NCBI RefSeq assembly: GCF_015056685.1
Contig: NZ_SVFW01000006.1
Location: 44,522-108,521, forward strand
DNA from: Butyrivibrio sp.
GTDB lineage: Bacteria > Bacillota > Clostridia > Lachnospirales > Lachnospiraceae
Length of the DNA: 64,000 nt
Direction: 5' to 3'
Both the position numbers and the translations under genes were made by a program. Of the stretch, positions 18,659-28,737 are shown piece after piece. The first letter of the stretch is position 1, and each line of letters opens with the position of its first letter. The notes below the pieces were generated by a model. That model had not been told where the DNA came from, ran no database searches, and saw only the letters and a list, made by a program, of their open reading frames with translations.

Positions 18659-20392
18659 TTATGAAGGCATTTCTTCCAATGTGAAGAATGCCATTTTTTC
18701 GTTGAGGGTTTCAGCCATGTCACGAAGATCATTTGCTGCACCACTTATGAGAGAAAATGTAGCATTGAGTTCTTCCATTGAAGCATTTGTTTCCTCTGTA
18801 GAAGCGGCATTTTGCTGAGATATAGCAGAAAGCTCTGTGATAATGTCTGAAAATCCTGCCTTAAGCTCATTAAGAAGATGAATTTTCTTGGATATTACCT
18901 TTGTAGAATTGTCTACATTGTTGACGTTTTCTACAACTGCATCCATATCATCTTTTGTAGTATTGAGCTGAGTATTCTGCTCCTGCATGCTCTTTCCGAG
19001 CTCTTCAATAATTTCAACGTTCTTCTGTGACTCTGCAACAAGATTTTCCACTATTTCCTTGATTGAAACGGCAGCGTCCTTTGACTGCTTTGAAAGGTTA
19101 CCAATTTCAGTAGCAACTACTGAGAAACCTTTTCCGTATTCGCCAGCTCTTGCTGCCTCAATTGAAGCGTTAAGAGAAAGAAGATGTGTCTGTTCAGCAA
19201 TTGCAGTAATCATGTTTGAAGCTTCTGCGATGCTCTTAACTGAATCATTAGTAGTGCGAATCTGTGTATGAATGTCTTTCATTGAAGTCATGACATCTTT
19301 ATTTTTACCCATAAGGTCATGAAGTGTATTTACAGTTCTCTGAGCACCTGACATCATTTCATTAGCAGAATTTGAAAGGTCTTCTATTTTTTCTGTAATT
19401 TCGTCAATACTGTCGCCCATCTGGTTAGTATTAGCTACAGAATTTTCCATGCTCTCAGCCTGAGAAGCAGCTCCACGGCTGATATCCTCTACAGCAGCTG
19501 TTATCTGTTCAGCTACATTAGAAGCAGATTCAGCAGAAGATGCAAGCTTTTCACCGGAAAGAGTTACATCATCTGAAAGCTTTTTAGTTGCGCTGATTAC
19601 ATCCTGAAGTTTGTCACGAACCATAGCGGAACTTTCTGCAATTACACCAAGCTCGTCCTTACGGTTGAATGTACGATCATTGATGTAGAAAGAAAGTTCA
19701 CCATCTTCAAGATTTTTAAGACCTGATACAATATCGCGGATTGATCTTGATGAAGTGCTTATAAGATAACGAGCTACACCAAAGTTGAACAGGAAAAAAC
19801 CAATGAATGTAAAAATAATAGAACGAAGCGCTGCGTCCATATTTGCTTTTACGATAGTAGTATCACGTCCTGCAAAAACCATACCAACAACAGAACCATC
19901 AGAGTTCTTAAGTGGAAGATAGTATGCGTACCAATCCTGACCTGCAATCTCAAAATTTGAAGCAAGATATTCATTTCCACTTGTGAGAACTTCGCTTACA
20001 ACTGTCTCTGAAGCTTTTGTTCCTTCCATTCGCTGACCTGTAGTTGCGTCTGTAAGAGATGTAACAAAACGTGTATCACCATAAAATAATGTATAGTGCA
20101 TACCGGTTTTCTCATGGAGTGCATCAAGCTGTGCCTGGTAAATGTCGTGAACTGCTACGTCACCTTTCATAAGCTGGCCATCCTCTGAAAGAGTCCAGTC
20201 ACCTTCAAACTGATTGGATACTTCATCATTTAAAAGAACTGCCGCTGCATGCAAACCCTCTGAAAAAGAAGTGAGATAAGCTTTCTGAATGTTTCTAAAG
20301 CCTATGATACCAACACATGCTGCCATAAGAAGGGCAAGAACTGATGCGATAACAATTATAGTGCGAACCATGTTTCTGTTTTTTGTTTTCAT
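18659..20392 (-). CDS. Methyl-accepting chemotaxis protein with Cache-like sensor domain
   Basis: N-terminal TM helix, an extracytoplasmic ~170-aa sensor, a second TM helix, HAMP, and a conserved MA signalling hairpin ([27 protein letters not shown]). Confidence 0.9.
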   Translation of the reverse strand: MKTKNRNMVRTIIVIASVLALLMAACVGIIGFRNIQKAYLTSFSEGLHAAAVLLNDEVSNQFEGDWTLSEDGQLMKGDVAVHDIYQAQLDALHEKTGMHYTLFYGDTRFVTSLTDATTGQRMEGTKASETVVSEVLTSGNEYLASNFEIAGQDWYAYYLPLKNSDGSVVGMVFAGRDTTIVKANMDAALRSIIFTFIGFFLFNFGVARYLISTSSRSIRDIVSGLKNLEDGELSFYINDRTFNRKDELGVIAESSAMVRDKLQDVISATKKLSDDVTLSGEKLASSAESASNVAEQITAAVEDISRGAASQAESMENSVANTNQMGDSIDEITEKIEDLSNSANEMMSGAQRTVNTLHDLMGKNKDVMTSMKDIHTQIRTTNDSVKSIAEASNMITAIAEQTHLLSLNASIEAARAGEYGKGFSVVATEIGNLSKQSKDAAVSIKEIVENLVAESQKNVEIIEELGKSMQEQNTQLNTTKDDMDAVVENVNNVDNSTKVISKKIHLLNELKAGFSDIITELSAISQQNAASTEETNASMEELNATFSLISGAANDLRDMAETLNEKMAFFTLEEMPS

Positions 20393-20443
20393 TTTTGTGT
20401 TTCCTTTCCTTTAATCCTCTAACTCTCGAACCCCTTTTTATTT

Positions 20444-20477
20444 AACAAAAAAGCACGGAACGAAATGTCCCGTGCTA
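20444..20477 (-). terminator. Intrinsic terminator forming the expression platform of the c-di-GMP-I riboswitch
   Basis: The minus strand reads GUAGCACGGgacauuucguuCCGUGCUUUUUUG, about 50 nt upstream of the MCP start codon. It may also stop clpB read-through. Confidence 0.7.
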
Positions 20478-20494
20478 CAAAAAAACCTAATTAA

Positions 20495-20575
20495 AGGTGC
20501 AACTGGCTGACATTTTAAAGTCCCTATAGCTTTGCGCCACAGGCTTTCGCCTGCTTTGCCAAATGTTAAATTTTA
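20495..20575 (-). promoter_or_regulatory. c-di-GMP-I (GEMM-I) riboswitch aptamer in the MCP leader
   Basis: The minus strand reads UUUGGCAAAGCAGGCGAAAGCCUGUGGCGCAAAGCUAUAGGGAC...CAGCCAGUUGCACC. It has the GGCAAA element, a P1 hairpin with a GAAA tetraloop, the (G/A)CGCAAAGC core and the AGCCAGUUGC 3' element of the GEMM-I consensus. Confidence 0.75.
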
Positions 20576-20586
20576 AACTATCGAGA

Positions 20587-20615
20587 ATTATAATGTACAG
20601 TTCCGGTTAATGCAA
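20587..20615 (-). promoter_or_regulatory. Sigma-A promoter TTGCAT-17-TATAAT driving the riboswitch/MCP transcript
   Basis: On the minus strand the -35 is at 20615-20610 and the -10 at 20592-20587. Confidence 0.6.
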
Positions 20616-20691
20616 TATTAATTTTTTGTTTATAAAAAATTTATAAATCGTGCACATGAAAAAAGAAACACATGGCAGCATTTTGGTTATT

Positions 20692-23289
20692 TTATACAAA
20701 AGACTCCGTTTTAGCGATAAGCTCGCCATTTTCCACATCAAAGATGATGGTGTCATGAGGCTTTACCTTATCTTCAAGAATAATCTTGGCAGAAAGAGTT
20801 TCAACATATTTCTGGATATAACGCTTAAGCGGCCTTGCACCATATATAGGATCATAAGCGTTATCAATTACGTAGTCTTTGGCAGCATCATTAAGCTTGA
20901 TACTGATTTCTCTATCAGCAAGACGTTTGTTAAGATCTGCAATTACCAGATCAACAATTCCACTTATGTTGTTCTTGGTAAGAGGCTTAAACATAATGAT
21001 TTCGTCAAGTCTGTTCAGGAACTCGGGTCTAAAGTGAGAACGCAAATCTTCCATTGTGGCCTTTTCAGCATCTTCACTTATTGAACCGTCATCTCTGATA
21101 CCATCAAGCAGATACTGAGCTCCAATATTTGAAGTCATTATCAGGATAGTATTCTTGAAATCTACAGTTCTTCCCTGTGAATCAGTAATTCTTCCGTCAT
21201 CAAGCACCTGAAGAAGAATATTGAATACATCAGGGTGGGCTTTTTCTATCTCATCGAAAAGAACTACAGCATAAGGTTTTCTACGAACTGCCTCAGTAAG
21301 CTGACCACCTTCCTCATAACCTACATATCCTGGAGGTGCTCCTATAAGCCTGGACACACTGTATTTTTCCATGTATTCGCTCATGTCAATTCTGACCATG
21401 TTGTTCTCATCGTCAAAAAGTGACTGGGCAAGACTTTTGGCAAGCTCTGTCTTACCAACACCTGTAGGGCCAAGGAAGAGGAATGAGCCAATTGGCTTAC
21501 TTGGATCCTTGATACCGGCCTTAGATCTCATTATGGCCTCAGATACCTTTACAACGGCATCATCCTGACCAATTACTCTCTGATGAAGCTCATCAGGAAG
21601 ATGAAGAGTTTTGTTTCTCTCACTCTCTGTAAGCTTGTTTACAGGAATGCCTGTCCATCTGCTGATGATTCCGGCAATTTCGTCCTCTGAAACTTTTTCG
21701 TGTACAAGGGCACCGTCTGCCTCTTTTTCTTTGGCTTTTTCCTCAGCCTCTTCAAGCTGTTTTTTGAGAGCAGGGAGCTTTCCATACTGGAGCTCACCGG
21801 CTTTCTCATAGTCGCCATCTCGCTGGGCGATGGCAATCTCTGAATTGATGGTATCAATCTGTTCACGCATTGCTGCAAGCTTATCTACAGCTTCTTTTTC
21901 ATTGGACCACTGAGCTTTTCTGGTATCAAAGTCTTCCTTAAGCTCAGCAAGCTCTTTTTGCAGGTTAGCAAGTCTTTCTTTACTCAGAGAATCATCTTCC
22001 TTTTTTAGGGCTGCCTCTTCAATCTGCAGCTGCATGATTTTACGGTTAAGTTCATCAAGCTCGGCAGGCATTGAATCCATCTCAGTCTTGATGAGAGCAC
22101 AGGCTTCATCCACAAGGTCGATTGCCTTATCTGGAAGAAATCTGTCAGAAATGTACCTGTTGGATAAAACAGCGGCACTAACAAGAGCACTGTCCATGAT
22201 CTTAACGCCGTGGAAGACTTCATATCTCTCTTTTAATCCACGAAGGATACTGATGGTGTCCTCAACTGTAGGCTCTTCAACCATAACAGGCTGGAAACGT
22301 CTCTCAAGAGCGGCATCCTTCTCAATATACTGTCTGTATTCATTGAGGGTAGTAGCGCCGATGCAGTGGAGCTCGCCTCTTGCAAGCATTGGCTTAAGCA
22401 TATTGCCGGCATCCATGGCACCATCTGTTTTACCTGCACCTACAATAAGATGAAGTTCATCTATGAAAAGAATTATCTCTCCATCGGAGGCCTTGACGTC
22501 CTCAAGGACTGCCTTTAATCTCTCCTCGAATTCGCCTCGATACTTGGCACCGGCTACCAGTGCACCCATATCAAGGGAAAAGATCTTTTTATCCTTAAGA
22601 GCAGTTGGCACATCACCGCTTGCAATTCTCTGGGCAAGGGCTTCAACGACTGCAGTCTTGCCGACACCGGGCTCACCGATAAGAACAGGATTGTTCTTGC
22701 TCTTTCTGGACAGGATCCTGATCACATTTCGGATTTCTGTGTCTCTTCCTATTACAGGGTCAAGCTTTTGCTTTTTGGCTTTTTCTACCAGCTCTGTGCC
22801 ATATTTACTTAAGGTGTCATAGGTTGCCTCAGGGTTGTCAGTTGTGACATTTCTGTTGCCTCGTACCTCTGAAAGGACCTGAAGGAATCTGTTCCTGTCG
22901 ATACCAAATTCTCTGAAGATCTCTTTTACTTCTCTGTTGGGCTTCTTAATAAGAGACATAAACAGATGCTCGACGGATACGTACTGATCTCCAAGAGCCT
23001 TGGCTTCATCCTCGGCAGACAAAAGAGCTTTGTTGAGATCTGCTCCGATGTAGGGCTGCCCGCCGGAAACTTTGGTTCTCTTTTCAATGGCGGAGATTAT
23101 CCTGTTTAGGAAAGTTTCCTTATCTATGCCCATTTTCTCTATGAGCTTAGAAATAAGGCTGTCCTCAATAGTCATGAGAGAGTACAGAAGGTGTTCCTGT
23201 TCAATCTCCTGATTTCCATATTCAATAGCCACTTTTTCGCAGCCATTGACAGCTTCGATAGATTTTTGTGTGAATTTCTGTATATTCAT
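20692..23289 (-). CDS. clpB: ATP-dependent chaperone ClpB
   Basis: 865 aa with two AAA+ modules ([16 protein letters not shown]), a coiled-coil middle domain and a Clp_N repeat. Confidence 0.95.
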   Translation of the reverse strand: MNIQKFTQKSIEAVNGCEKVAIEYGNQEIEQEHLLYSLMTIEDSLISKLIEKMGIDKETFLNRIISAIEKRTKVSGGQPYIGADLNKALLSAEDEAKALGDQYVSVEHLFMSLIKKPNREVKEIFREFGIDRNRFLQVLSEVRGNRNVTTDNPEATYDTLSKYGTELVEKAKKQKLDPVIGRDTEIRNVIRILSRKSKNNPVLIGEPGVGKTAVVEALAQRIASGDVPTALKDKKIFSLDMGALVAGAKYRGEFEERLKAVLEDVKASDGEIILFIDELHLIVGAGKTDGAMDAGNMLKPMLARGELHCIGATTLNEYRQYIEKDAALERRFQPVMVEEPTVEDTISILRGLKERYEVFHGVKIMDSALVSAAVLSNRYISDRFLPDKAIDLVDEACALIKTEMDSMPAELDELNRKIMQLQIEEAALKKEDDSLSKERLANLQKELAELKEDFDTRKAQWSNEKEAVDKLAAMREQIDTINSEIAIAQRDGDYEKAGELQYGKLPALKKQLEEAEEKAKEKEADGALVHEKVSEDEIAGIISRWTGIPVNKLTESERNKTLHLPDELHQRVIGQDDAVVKVSEAIMRSKAGIKDPSKPIGSFLFLGPTGVGKTELAKSLAQSLFDDENNMVRIDMSEYMEKYSVSRLIGAPPGYVGYEEGGQLTEAVRRKPYAVVLFDEIEKAHPDVFNILLQVLDDGRITDSQGRTVDFKNTILIMTSNIGAQYLLDGIRDDGSISEDAEKATMEDLRSHFRPEFLNRLDEIIMFKPLTKNNISGIVDLVIADLNKRLADREISIKLNDAAKDYVIDNAYDPIYGARPLKRYIQKYVETLSAKIILEDKVKPHDTIIFDVENGELIAKTESFV

Positions 23290-23345
23290 AAAGTTCCCTC
23301 CTCATAAAAAGGATCAATATACATTGTTATTATTGTTCTATTACA

Positions 23346-23373
23346 ACTATAACACAGAAAATGATAATGTCAA
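23346..23373 (-). promoter_or_regulatory. Sigma-A promoter of clpB (TTGACA-16-TATAGT)
   Basis: The minus strand reads atgaTTTGACAttatcattttctgtgtTATAGTtg, about 55 nt upstream of the start codon. Confidence 0.6.
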
Positions 23374-23425
23374 ATCATATTTTTATGAATTACCAGGACT
23401 GGGGCAGAAATTCTTTAAAAGACAA

Positions 23426-23460
23426 TAAAAAACAGGGACTGCGATGAGTACAGTCCCTGC
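23426..23460 (-). terminator. Terminator of the 23509-25299 surface protein gene
   Basis: CAGGGACTG ... CAGTCCCTG hairpin followed, on the minus strand, by a T-run. Confidence 0.75.
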
Positions 23461-23508
23461 TTTTAAGGTGAAGCTATATGAAAGTTTAAAAAGGGTTTCA
23501 ATTAAGTA

Positions 23509-25299
23509 TTATCTGAGAACAGTGTTCTTTGCTGTTTTTCTTATAACTGTGATTGATGTGAATGCTGCAAGGAGGAGAATCATGATTCTTGCAGAAGTAT
23601 TTGTTGTGTCTTCGGTTGATGCTCTTCTTGCGCCGAGTACTGCAGCTTCGTTATTTGTATCTCTTGTTGCTCCAAGGACTGCTCCTTCTTCAGTAGCTGC
23701 TGCCATTGGTACAGGAGTTTCAGCAATTGTTATAGCTGCTGGAGTAAATGGAGCAGGAGTAACTTCGTCTCCAGTAGTTGTATCAGTATCATCATCAGTT
23801 GTGTCTTCACTTGCAGGTGCCGGAGCTGTTGGAACTACTGGATCAGGTATTATTGGTGTAACTATAGGATCTATTTCAGGAACCGGAGTAACTTCTGGTA
23901 TAATCACAGGCTCAGGATCAACTACTGGTTCTGGATCAACTACAGGTTCAGGATCAGGAGTAGGAATAATTTCAGGTTCTGCAAGAAGATCCATAAGGCT
24001 AATGTGATTTAAATATGATCTTTTGCTAGGTGCTGCAAGTTTTTCAAGGATGTTTGGTGTATATTCTACAAGGTTTAAAGTTGGCTCTACAGGAACGTTG
24101 TAGGTCTTATAAACCTTAAGTGGCATCCATGCGTAGTCATAGATCATATCTATATCTGTTATATCATTAACATGATTTTTACCATCTTTATAGGTTAAAG
24201 TATGGCTGTCACCACAATTCCAATCCCATGAAGTTGTGACTGCGTTGTCCATTAGAATACTTCCGGCGCTCATCCAGTATCCCATGCTGTGATCTTCATC
24301 AGTGTTCATGTAGAAGCAGGCATAACCTGGGTTTGTAGTTTCAAGCTGTGCACCGGCTGAATTAAATGTAATAGTGTCATTTTCATCAATTTCAAAATCT
24401 TCAGAGTAGAAAAGACCTATTTCTGAGAAGTTGTGCTCAACATGTATTTTAACCATGTTTCCGGATTTTTCAGCGGCTTCTTCAATAGTGTAGGAACTGC
24501 CGATTGCAAATACAGCGTTTTCATCTGCGTTCTTTTCTACAGAAGCTTTAGCAGGATTATTGTAATAAGTGTTGATTGTATTGTTGTACTGTTCTACAGA
24601 AGTGTATCCAACTGCCTTGATTCTTTCTTCCATTGCAAGGTCTTTTTCATACTGTGCAAGATTTTCTTCGTACTGTGCCTGAAGTCTTTCATTTTCTTGC
24701 TGAACTTCCTCGGCCTTTTCAAGTTCGGCTTGGTTATTAGCTTCTATTTCTTCATTTCTTTTTTCAGTATCAACTACAGCCTGTTCATATTCGGCATCGA
24801 CTGCCTTGTTGTATTCATCAACCTGCTGGTTGTAATTCTCAGCTTCCTGGTTGTACTGGCGGATCTTGTCGTTATCAAGTTCGCCTTCAATCTCAGGCTT
24901 TGTAGGTTCTACAGGGGCAGAAGCTGCGCTTTCTGGTGTTCCATTGTTTTCTTCACTCTGTGCATTTTCATTATTTTCTGTCTCATCGCCTGCGTCATTG
25001 TCATTGGTATCGGATTCATTAACGTCTGCTTCATCATTTGAAGCATTTTCTTCGTCGTTCTCGTTATTTTCATTATTATTGTTGTTTTCAGCAGCTTCGT
25101 TGTTTTCATTTTCTTCGTTGTTTTCACCGGCATCACCGTTCTCATTGCTGTCGTTTGTTTCTTCTTCATTTTCCTGCTGTTCATCTGCGGCGTAGGACTT
25201 AAGACTCATTCCTGCAGCTGATGAAAAAGATACAGCGGCTGAAAGGAAAATGATCATCATGTTCTTTAATTTGTGGTTCCAAAAATTTTTTCTCATCAT
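23509..25299 (-). CDS. Secreted, C-terminally anchored surface protein (acidic Asn/Glu-rich region, coiled coil, beta domain, PEPVVDPEP linker)
   Basis: Start MMRKNFW is preceded by AGGTGAGGGTGA, with signal peptide IIFLSAAVSFSSAAG. The C-terminus is VLGATRD..VLGARRASTEDTTNTSARIMILLLAAFTSITVIRKTAKN (motif, hydrophobic helix, basic tail). Confidence 0.7.
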   Translation of the reverse strand: MMRKNFWNHKLKNMMIIFLSAAVSFSSAAGMSLKSYAADEQQENEEETNDSNENGDAGENNEENENNEAAENNNNNENNENDEENASNDEADVNESDTNDNDAGDETENNENAQSEENNGTPESAASAPVEPTKPEIEGELDNDKIRQYNQEAENYNQQVDEYNKAVDAEYEQAVVDTEKRNEEIEANNQAELEKAEEVQQENERLQAQYEENLAQYEKDLAMEERIKAVGYTSVEQYNNTINTYYNNPAKASVEKNADENAVFAIGSSYTIEEAAEKSGNMVKIHVEHNFSEIGLFYSEDFEIDENDTITFNSAGAQLETTNPGYACFYMNTDEDHSMGYWMSAGSILMDNAVTTSWDWNCGDSHTLTYKDGKNHVNDITDIDMIYDYAWMPLKVYKTYNVPVEPTLNLVEYTPNILEKLAAPSKRSYLNHISLMDLLAEPEIIPTPDPEPVVDPEPVVDPEPVIIPEVTPVPEIDPIVTPIIPDPVVPTAPAPASEDTTDDDTDTTTGDEVTPAPFTPAAITIAETPVPMAAATEEGAVLGATRDTNNEAAVLGARRASTEDTTNTSARIMILLLAAFTSITVIRKTAKNTVLR

Positions 25300-25479
25300 A
25301 ACATTCACCCTCACCTTTCGTTTATATGTGCGTTTCACCCTTTTGTTAGGGTCATAATAACAAGAGCACAATCATAAAAATAATCATAATTGCGCTCTGA
25401 AATGTTTATTAACCAAATGTTTATGATGACTTAATTTTCTTTATTTTTGGGTTATATTTTGTATTGAATTTTTAGAAAA

Positions 25480-25662
25480 TCAAGAAAATTTATTGTTGAC
25501 TTTATCGTATATATAGCCGATACCTTTTAGTTTAGATACAATATCTTGTAATTCATCATTTGAAATATCGAGGCCTTCCTGAAGAGCTTCAAGGCTTCCA
25601 TATTCATCTCGAAGTTTCATGTTTATAAAGCTAAGTAGCATTACAGGGTCCTGTGGAATCAT
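25480..25662 (-). CDS. DUF4250-like small protein
   Basis: 60 aa, MIPQDPVMLLSFINMKLRDEYGSLEALQEGLDI.... AGGAGA lies 7 nt before the ATG. The upstream 30 codons in the ORF track were discarded. Confidence 0.6.
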   Translation of the reverse strand: MIPQDPVMLLSFINMKLRDEYGSLEALQEGLDISNDELQDIVSKLKGIGYIYDKVNNKFS

Positions 25663-25812
25663 GATCTTTCTCCTTTGTTTGTATGTTCTGTGATTATGGC
25701 ATTTTGGCCATGCTGCATTTAACAGTTTATCATTCTGTTTTTTTATCAGCAAGAATAAGCATTTTTAGCCACCCAACATATTGGTTAAAATTTTATAAAT
25801 TACCACATCATG

Positions 25813-25842
25813 TTGAAACGCCCGAAAATAAAGGTGTATAAT
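25813..25842 (+). promoter_or_regulatory. Candidate sigma-A promoter of the polysaccharide cluster (TTGAAA-18-TATAAT)
   Basis: -35 at 25813-25818 and -10 at 25837-25842, about 60 nt upstream of the CpsB-like start. Confidence 0.5.
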
Positions 25843-25904
25843 TATTTTGATATATCATATATTTTTGTGCGGTCATTCGAAAAAGCTAAAAAGGTAGATA
25901 TTAA

Positions 25905-26630
25905 ATGCAAACTTGTATTGATATTCATTGTCATGTAATGCCTGGAGTTGATGATGGTTCACCGGATATGGAAACGAGCCTGAAAATGCTGCAGATAGCT
26001 GAAAAGGATGGCATTGTGGCCATGATCCTGACGCCGCATCATAAGCCTATGCATCATAATGTAAGCCCTGCCCACAACGCATCTTACAAAGATTCTCTTA
26101 AAAGCAAAGCCAAAGATCTTGGATTAAAAATAAAGCTTTATTCCGGAAACGAAATATATTACAGCGAAAAGGTTCTTGAAGAGCTCGAAGAGGGTAAGAT
26201 ATGTACTCTGGCTGGATCTGATTATGTCCTTGTTGAGTTTCATCCAACCAATCCCTATAAAGCGATTCATAATGCAGTTTATCAGTTACTTGGAGCGGGA
26301 TATATTCCTATTATTGCCCATGTTGAAAGATACAGCGACATAGTATCGCATCCATCCTATGTAGAAGAACTCATAGGTATGGGGTGCTATATACAGGTGA
26401 ATGCTTCCAGTGTAATGGGTAAATATGGTTTTGGTATAGCTCATTTTACTAAGAAGTTATTGAAAAAACATCTGGTCCATTTTGTGGCCACTGATGCACA
26501 CGATACAAACAAAAGGGCGCCGCATTTACAGGACTGCAGGAACTATGTGGATAAGAAAATAGGCGCTGATTATGGTCAAAAGATTTTTTGCGATAATCCA
26601 TTAAGCGTTTTAAAAAATGAAGTGATATAA
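25905..26630 (+). CDS. CpsB/YwqE-type PHP-domain protein-tyrosine phosphatase
   Basis: MQTCIDIHCHVMPGVDDG N-terminus plus the histidine motifs HVERY and ATDAHD. Confidence 0.85.
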   Translation: MQTCIDIHCHVMPGVDDGSPDMETSLKMLQIAEKDGIVAMILTPHHKPMHHNVSPAHNASYKDSLKSKAKDLGLKIKLYSGNEIYYSEKVLEELEEGKICTLAGSDYVLVEFHPTNPYKAIHNAVYQLLGAGYIPIIAHVERYSDIVSHPSYVEELIGMGCYIQVNASSVMGKYGFGIAHFTKKLLKKHLVHFVATDAHDTNKRAPHLQDCRNYVDKKIGADYGQKIFCDNPLSVLKNEVI

Positions 26631-26668
26631 ACTGTGCAGCTGATAACAAGTATCAGGGGAGATTTAGT

Positions 26669-27397
26669 GTGAACAAGAGAGATGACATCATCGAAATTAA
26701 TCTTGGGGAATTGTTTGCAATCCTTTTGGGGAGAGCTTTTGTGATCATAACCGCCGGAATCTTTTTTGCCCTGGCGGGACTGTTCGTCAGCAAATTTGTG
26801 CTTCACCCTGTATATGAATCGACAACCAAGATTTATATCCTGAACAAAGAAGAAAACCAGACAGTTACGTATTCTGATGTGCAGATATCCACACAGCTCA
26901 CACAGGACTACGCTGAACTTATAAAGAGCAGATATGTTTTGGAAGAGGTTATCCAAAGGCTCAATCTGATAGAGATGGATTATAAAGACCTCTCAGATGT
27001 TTTAAAGGTTGATACACCTTCTGACACCAGAATTGTTGCAATTACAGTAAGAGACGAAGATCCTCTGATGGCAATGAAGATTGCAAACTGTATCCGTGAA
27101 GTTGCAAGTGAACATATCACAAACGTTATGGATATTGACGCCATCAATGTGGCAGAGACAGCCAATGTTCCCACAGAAAAGGCAAGCCCCAGCGTAGGCA
27201 GATGGACAGTTTTTTCAGGATTTATCGGAGCGGTTATAGTAGCGTTTTTTGTAATACTTGGTTACCTTCTTGATGACACAATAAAGAGCAATGACGATGT
27301 GGAGAGATATCTTGGACTTAGTACACTGGCGCTTGTTCCACTGACTTTAGAGGAACAGGATAAAAAGAAAAATAAGAAAAAAGCAAAGAAGAAGTAA
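26669..27397 (+). CDS. Wzz/CpsC-type chain-length determinant (tyrosine kinase modulator)
   Basis: GTG start preceded by GGGGAG. Two TM helices flank an extracytoplasmic domain, with a Lys-rich tail. Confidence 0.8.
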   Translation: MNKRDDIIEINLGELFAILLGRAFVIITAGIFFALAGLFVSKFVLHPVYESTTKIYILNKEENQTVTYSDVQISTQLTQDYAELIKSRYVLEEVIQRLNLIEMDYKDLSDVLKVDTPSDTRIVAITVRDEDPLMAMKIANCIREVASEHITNVMDIDAINVAETANVPTEKASPSVGRWTVFSGFIGAVIVAFFVILGYLLDDTIKSNDDVERYLGLSTLALVPLTLEEQDKKKNKKKAKKK

Positions 27398-27408
27398 ATG
27401 GGGGATTT

Positions 27409-28233
27409 ATGCAGAACGCGAAGCTTCATTTTAGCCAGTCAGAGAATAATTATCAGATAAAAGAAGCCTATAAGACCTTGCGAAGCAATATTGAGTTCAG
27501 CGGCCAGAATGTGAGGATCATCTCAGTTACCAGCTGTACTCCCGGTGAAGGGAAGACAACTGTAGCCATGGCTCTTGCAAGAGCCTTTGCTGAGGCAGGT
27601 AAAAAGACTATTTTGGTTGACGCGGATATGAGAAAGTCAGTCCTTGTGGGAAGATACAGGACAGGTTCTGTTAGACTTGGACTTACTCATTGTCTTGTTG
27701 GAAGAGAGAGACTTTCAAGTGTTATCTGTGAGACGGATACGCCCAATCTTTACGTTGTATTTAGTGGACCTGTTCCGCCGAACCCCAGTGAGCTTTTGGG
27801 CGGAAGAATCTTTGAAAAGGTCCTTGAGAATATGAAGCAGGTCTTTGACTATGTGATCATAGACACGCCGCCCCTTGGAAGCGTTATTGATGCGGCAGTT
27901 GTCTCGAAGCAATGCGATGGCACTGTAATGGTGATCGAGAGCAATTCCATAAGTTATAGATTTGCCCAAAGGGTAAAAGACCAGCTGGATAAAGCAGGGG
28001 CAAAGATTCTTGGAGTTGTACTTAATAAAGTTGATATTTCAGGAAAAGGCTACTACGGCCACTATGGAAATTATTACGGCAAATACTACGGCAAGTATTA
28101 TGGCAAATACTATGGAAACGGAGAGGATACAGCTGACAAGCAGGTTCGCCCAAAGGCAGCAGAACCGGCACCTCCGGACGATGATGACCTTGATGAACTT
28201 AACTATCTTGCCGGAGTTACAAGAAAAGACTGA
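27409..28233 (+). CDS. CpsD/YwqD-type BY-kinase (protein-tyrosine kinase)
   Basis: Walker A SCTPGEGKTT, Walker A' VDADMRK, Walker B IIDTPP, and a C-terminal tyrosine cluster YYGHYGNYYGKYYGKYYGKYYG. Confidence 0.85.
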   Translation: MQNAKLHFSQSENNYQIKEAYKTLRSNIEFSGQNVRIISVTSCTPGEGKTTVAMALARAFAEAGKKTILVDADMRKSVLVGRYRTGSVRLGLTHCLVGRERLSSVICETDTPNLYVVFSGPVPPNPSELLGGRIFEKVLENMKQVFDYVIIDTPPLGSVIDAAVVSKQCDGTVMVIESNSISYRFAQRVKDQLDKAGAKILGVVLNKVDISGKGYYGHYGNYYGKYYGKYYGKYYGNGEDTADKQVRPKAAEPAPPDDDDLDELNYLAGVTRKD

Positions 28234-28245
28234 TTTTATGGGGAG

Positions 28246-28725
28246 ATGCAGGTGAAAGGAAACATTTTAGGTATTTTTTTTACCATATTAAGCGGGGTTC
28301 TGATAGCACTTATAGTGCTTGCTTATGGAAGAAGCGACAGGATGGCACCGGAGTTCAGATTCTCAGCCCTTAATCTGACTTACGACTCCGAGACTACAGA
28401 CAAAGACTTGCTAGTTGGCATAAATGCGTATGATTCCAGAGATGGAGATCTTACACAGAGAATTGTAGTTGAGAAGGTGGTGCTCAACAGGGATGCCGGA
28501 ACAGCGGTTGTGTACTATGCTGTTGCGGACTATAGCGGGAATGTGACAAAACAGTCCAGAGTATTTCCGGCAGATATAAAAGATATTGATAACAATGGAG
28601 ATGCTGTGGATGTTATGGAGGATGGTCTTTTCCCTGATATGTTATCGGGCGATAAGATGGAAGCCGGCGAAGAAAGCAGTGAGGGGGATTCTTTAGCGGG
28701 GGCATCAACAGAAACTGAAAACTAG
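28246..28725 (+). CDS. Membrane-anchored hypothetical protein (single N-terminal TM helix, small beta domain, acidic tail)
   Basis: ORF within the operon; no family recognised. The start is uncertain (ATG 28246 or GTG 28252). Confidence 0.5.
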   Translation: MQVKGNILGIFFTILSGVLIALIVLAYGRSDRMAPEFRFSALNLTYDSETTDKDLLVGINAYDSRDGDLTQRIVVEKVVLNRDAGTAVVYYAVADYSGNVTKQSRVFPADIKDIDNNGDAVDVMEDGLFPDMLSGDKMEAGEESSEGDSLAGASTETEN

Positions 28726-28737
28726 GAGCGATAGCAA

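Noticed and set aside
20444-20477. I first took this hairpin to be simply the clpB terminator.
   Set aside because: It lies downstream of a good promoter and of the GEMM-I aptamer and just upstream of the MCP start. It is better explained as the riboswitch expression platform, although it may also stop clpB read-through, because no other convincing clpB terminator was seen.
20650-21084. 144-aa plus-strand ORF overlapping the 3' end of clpB, and similar shadow ORFs in clpB, clpX, the MCP gene and the ABC genes.
   Set aside because: They are antisense to strongly supported conserved genes and have no independent coding signal.
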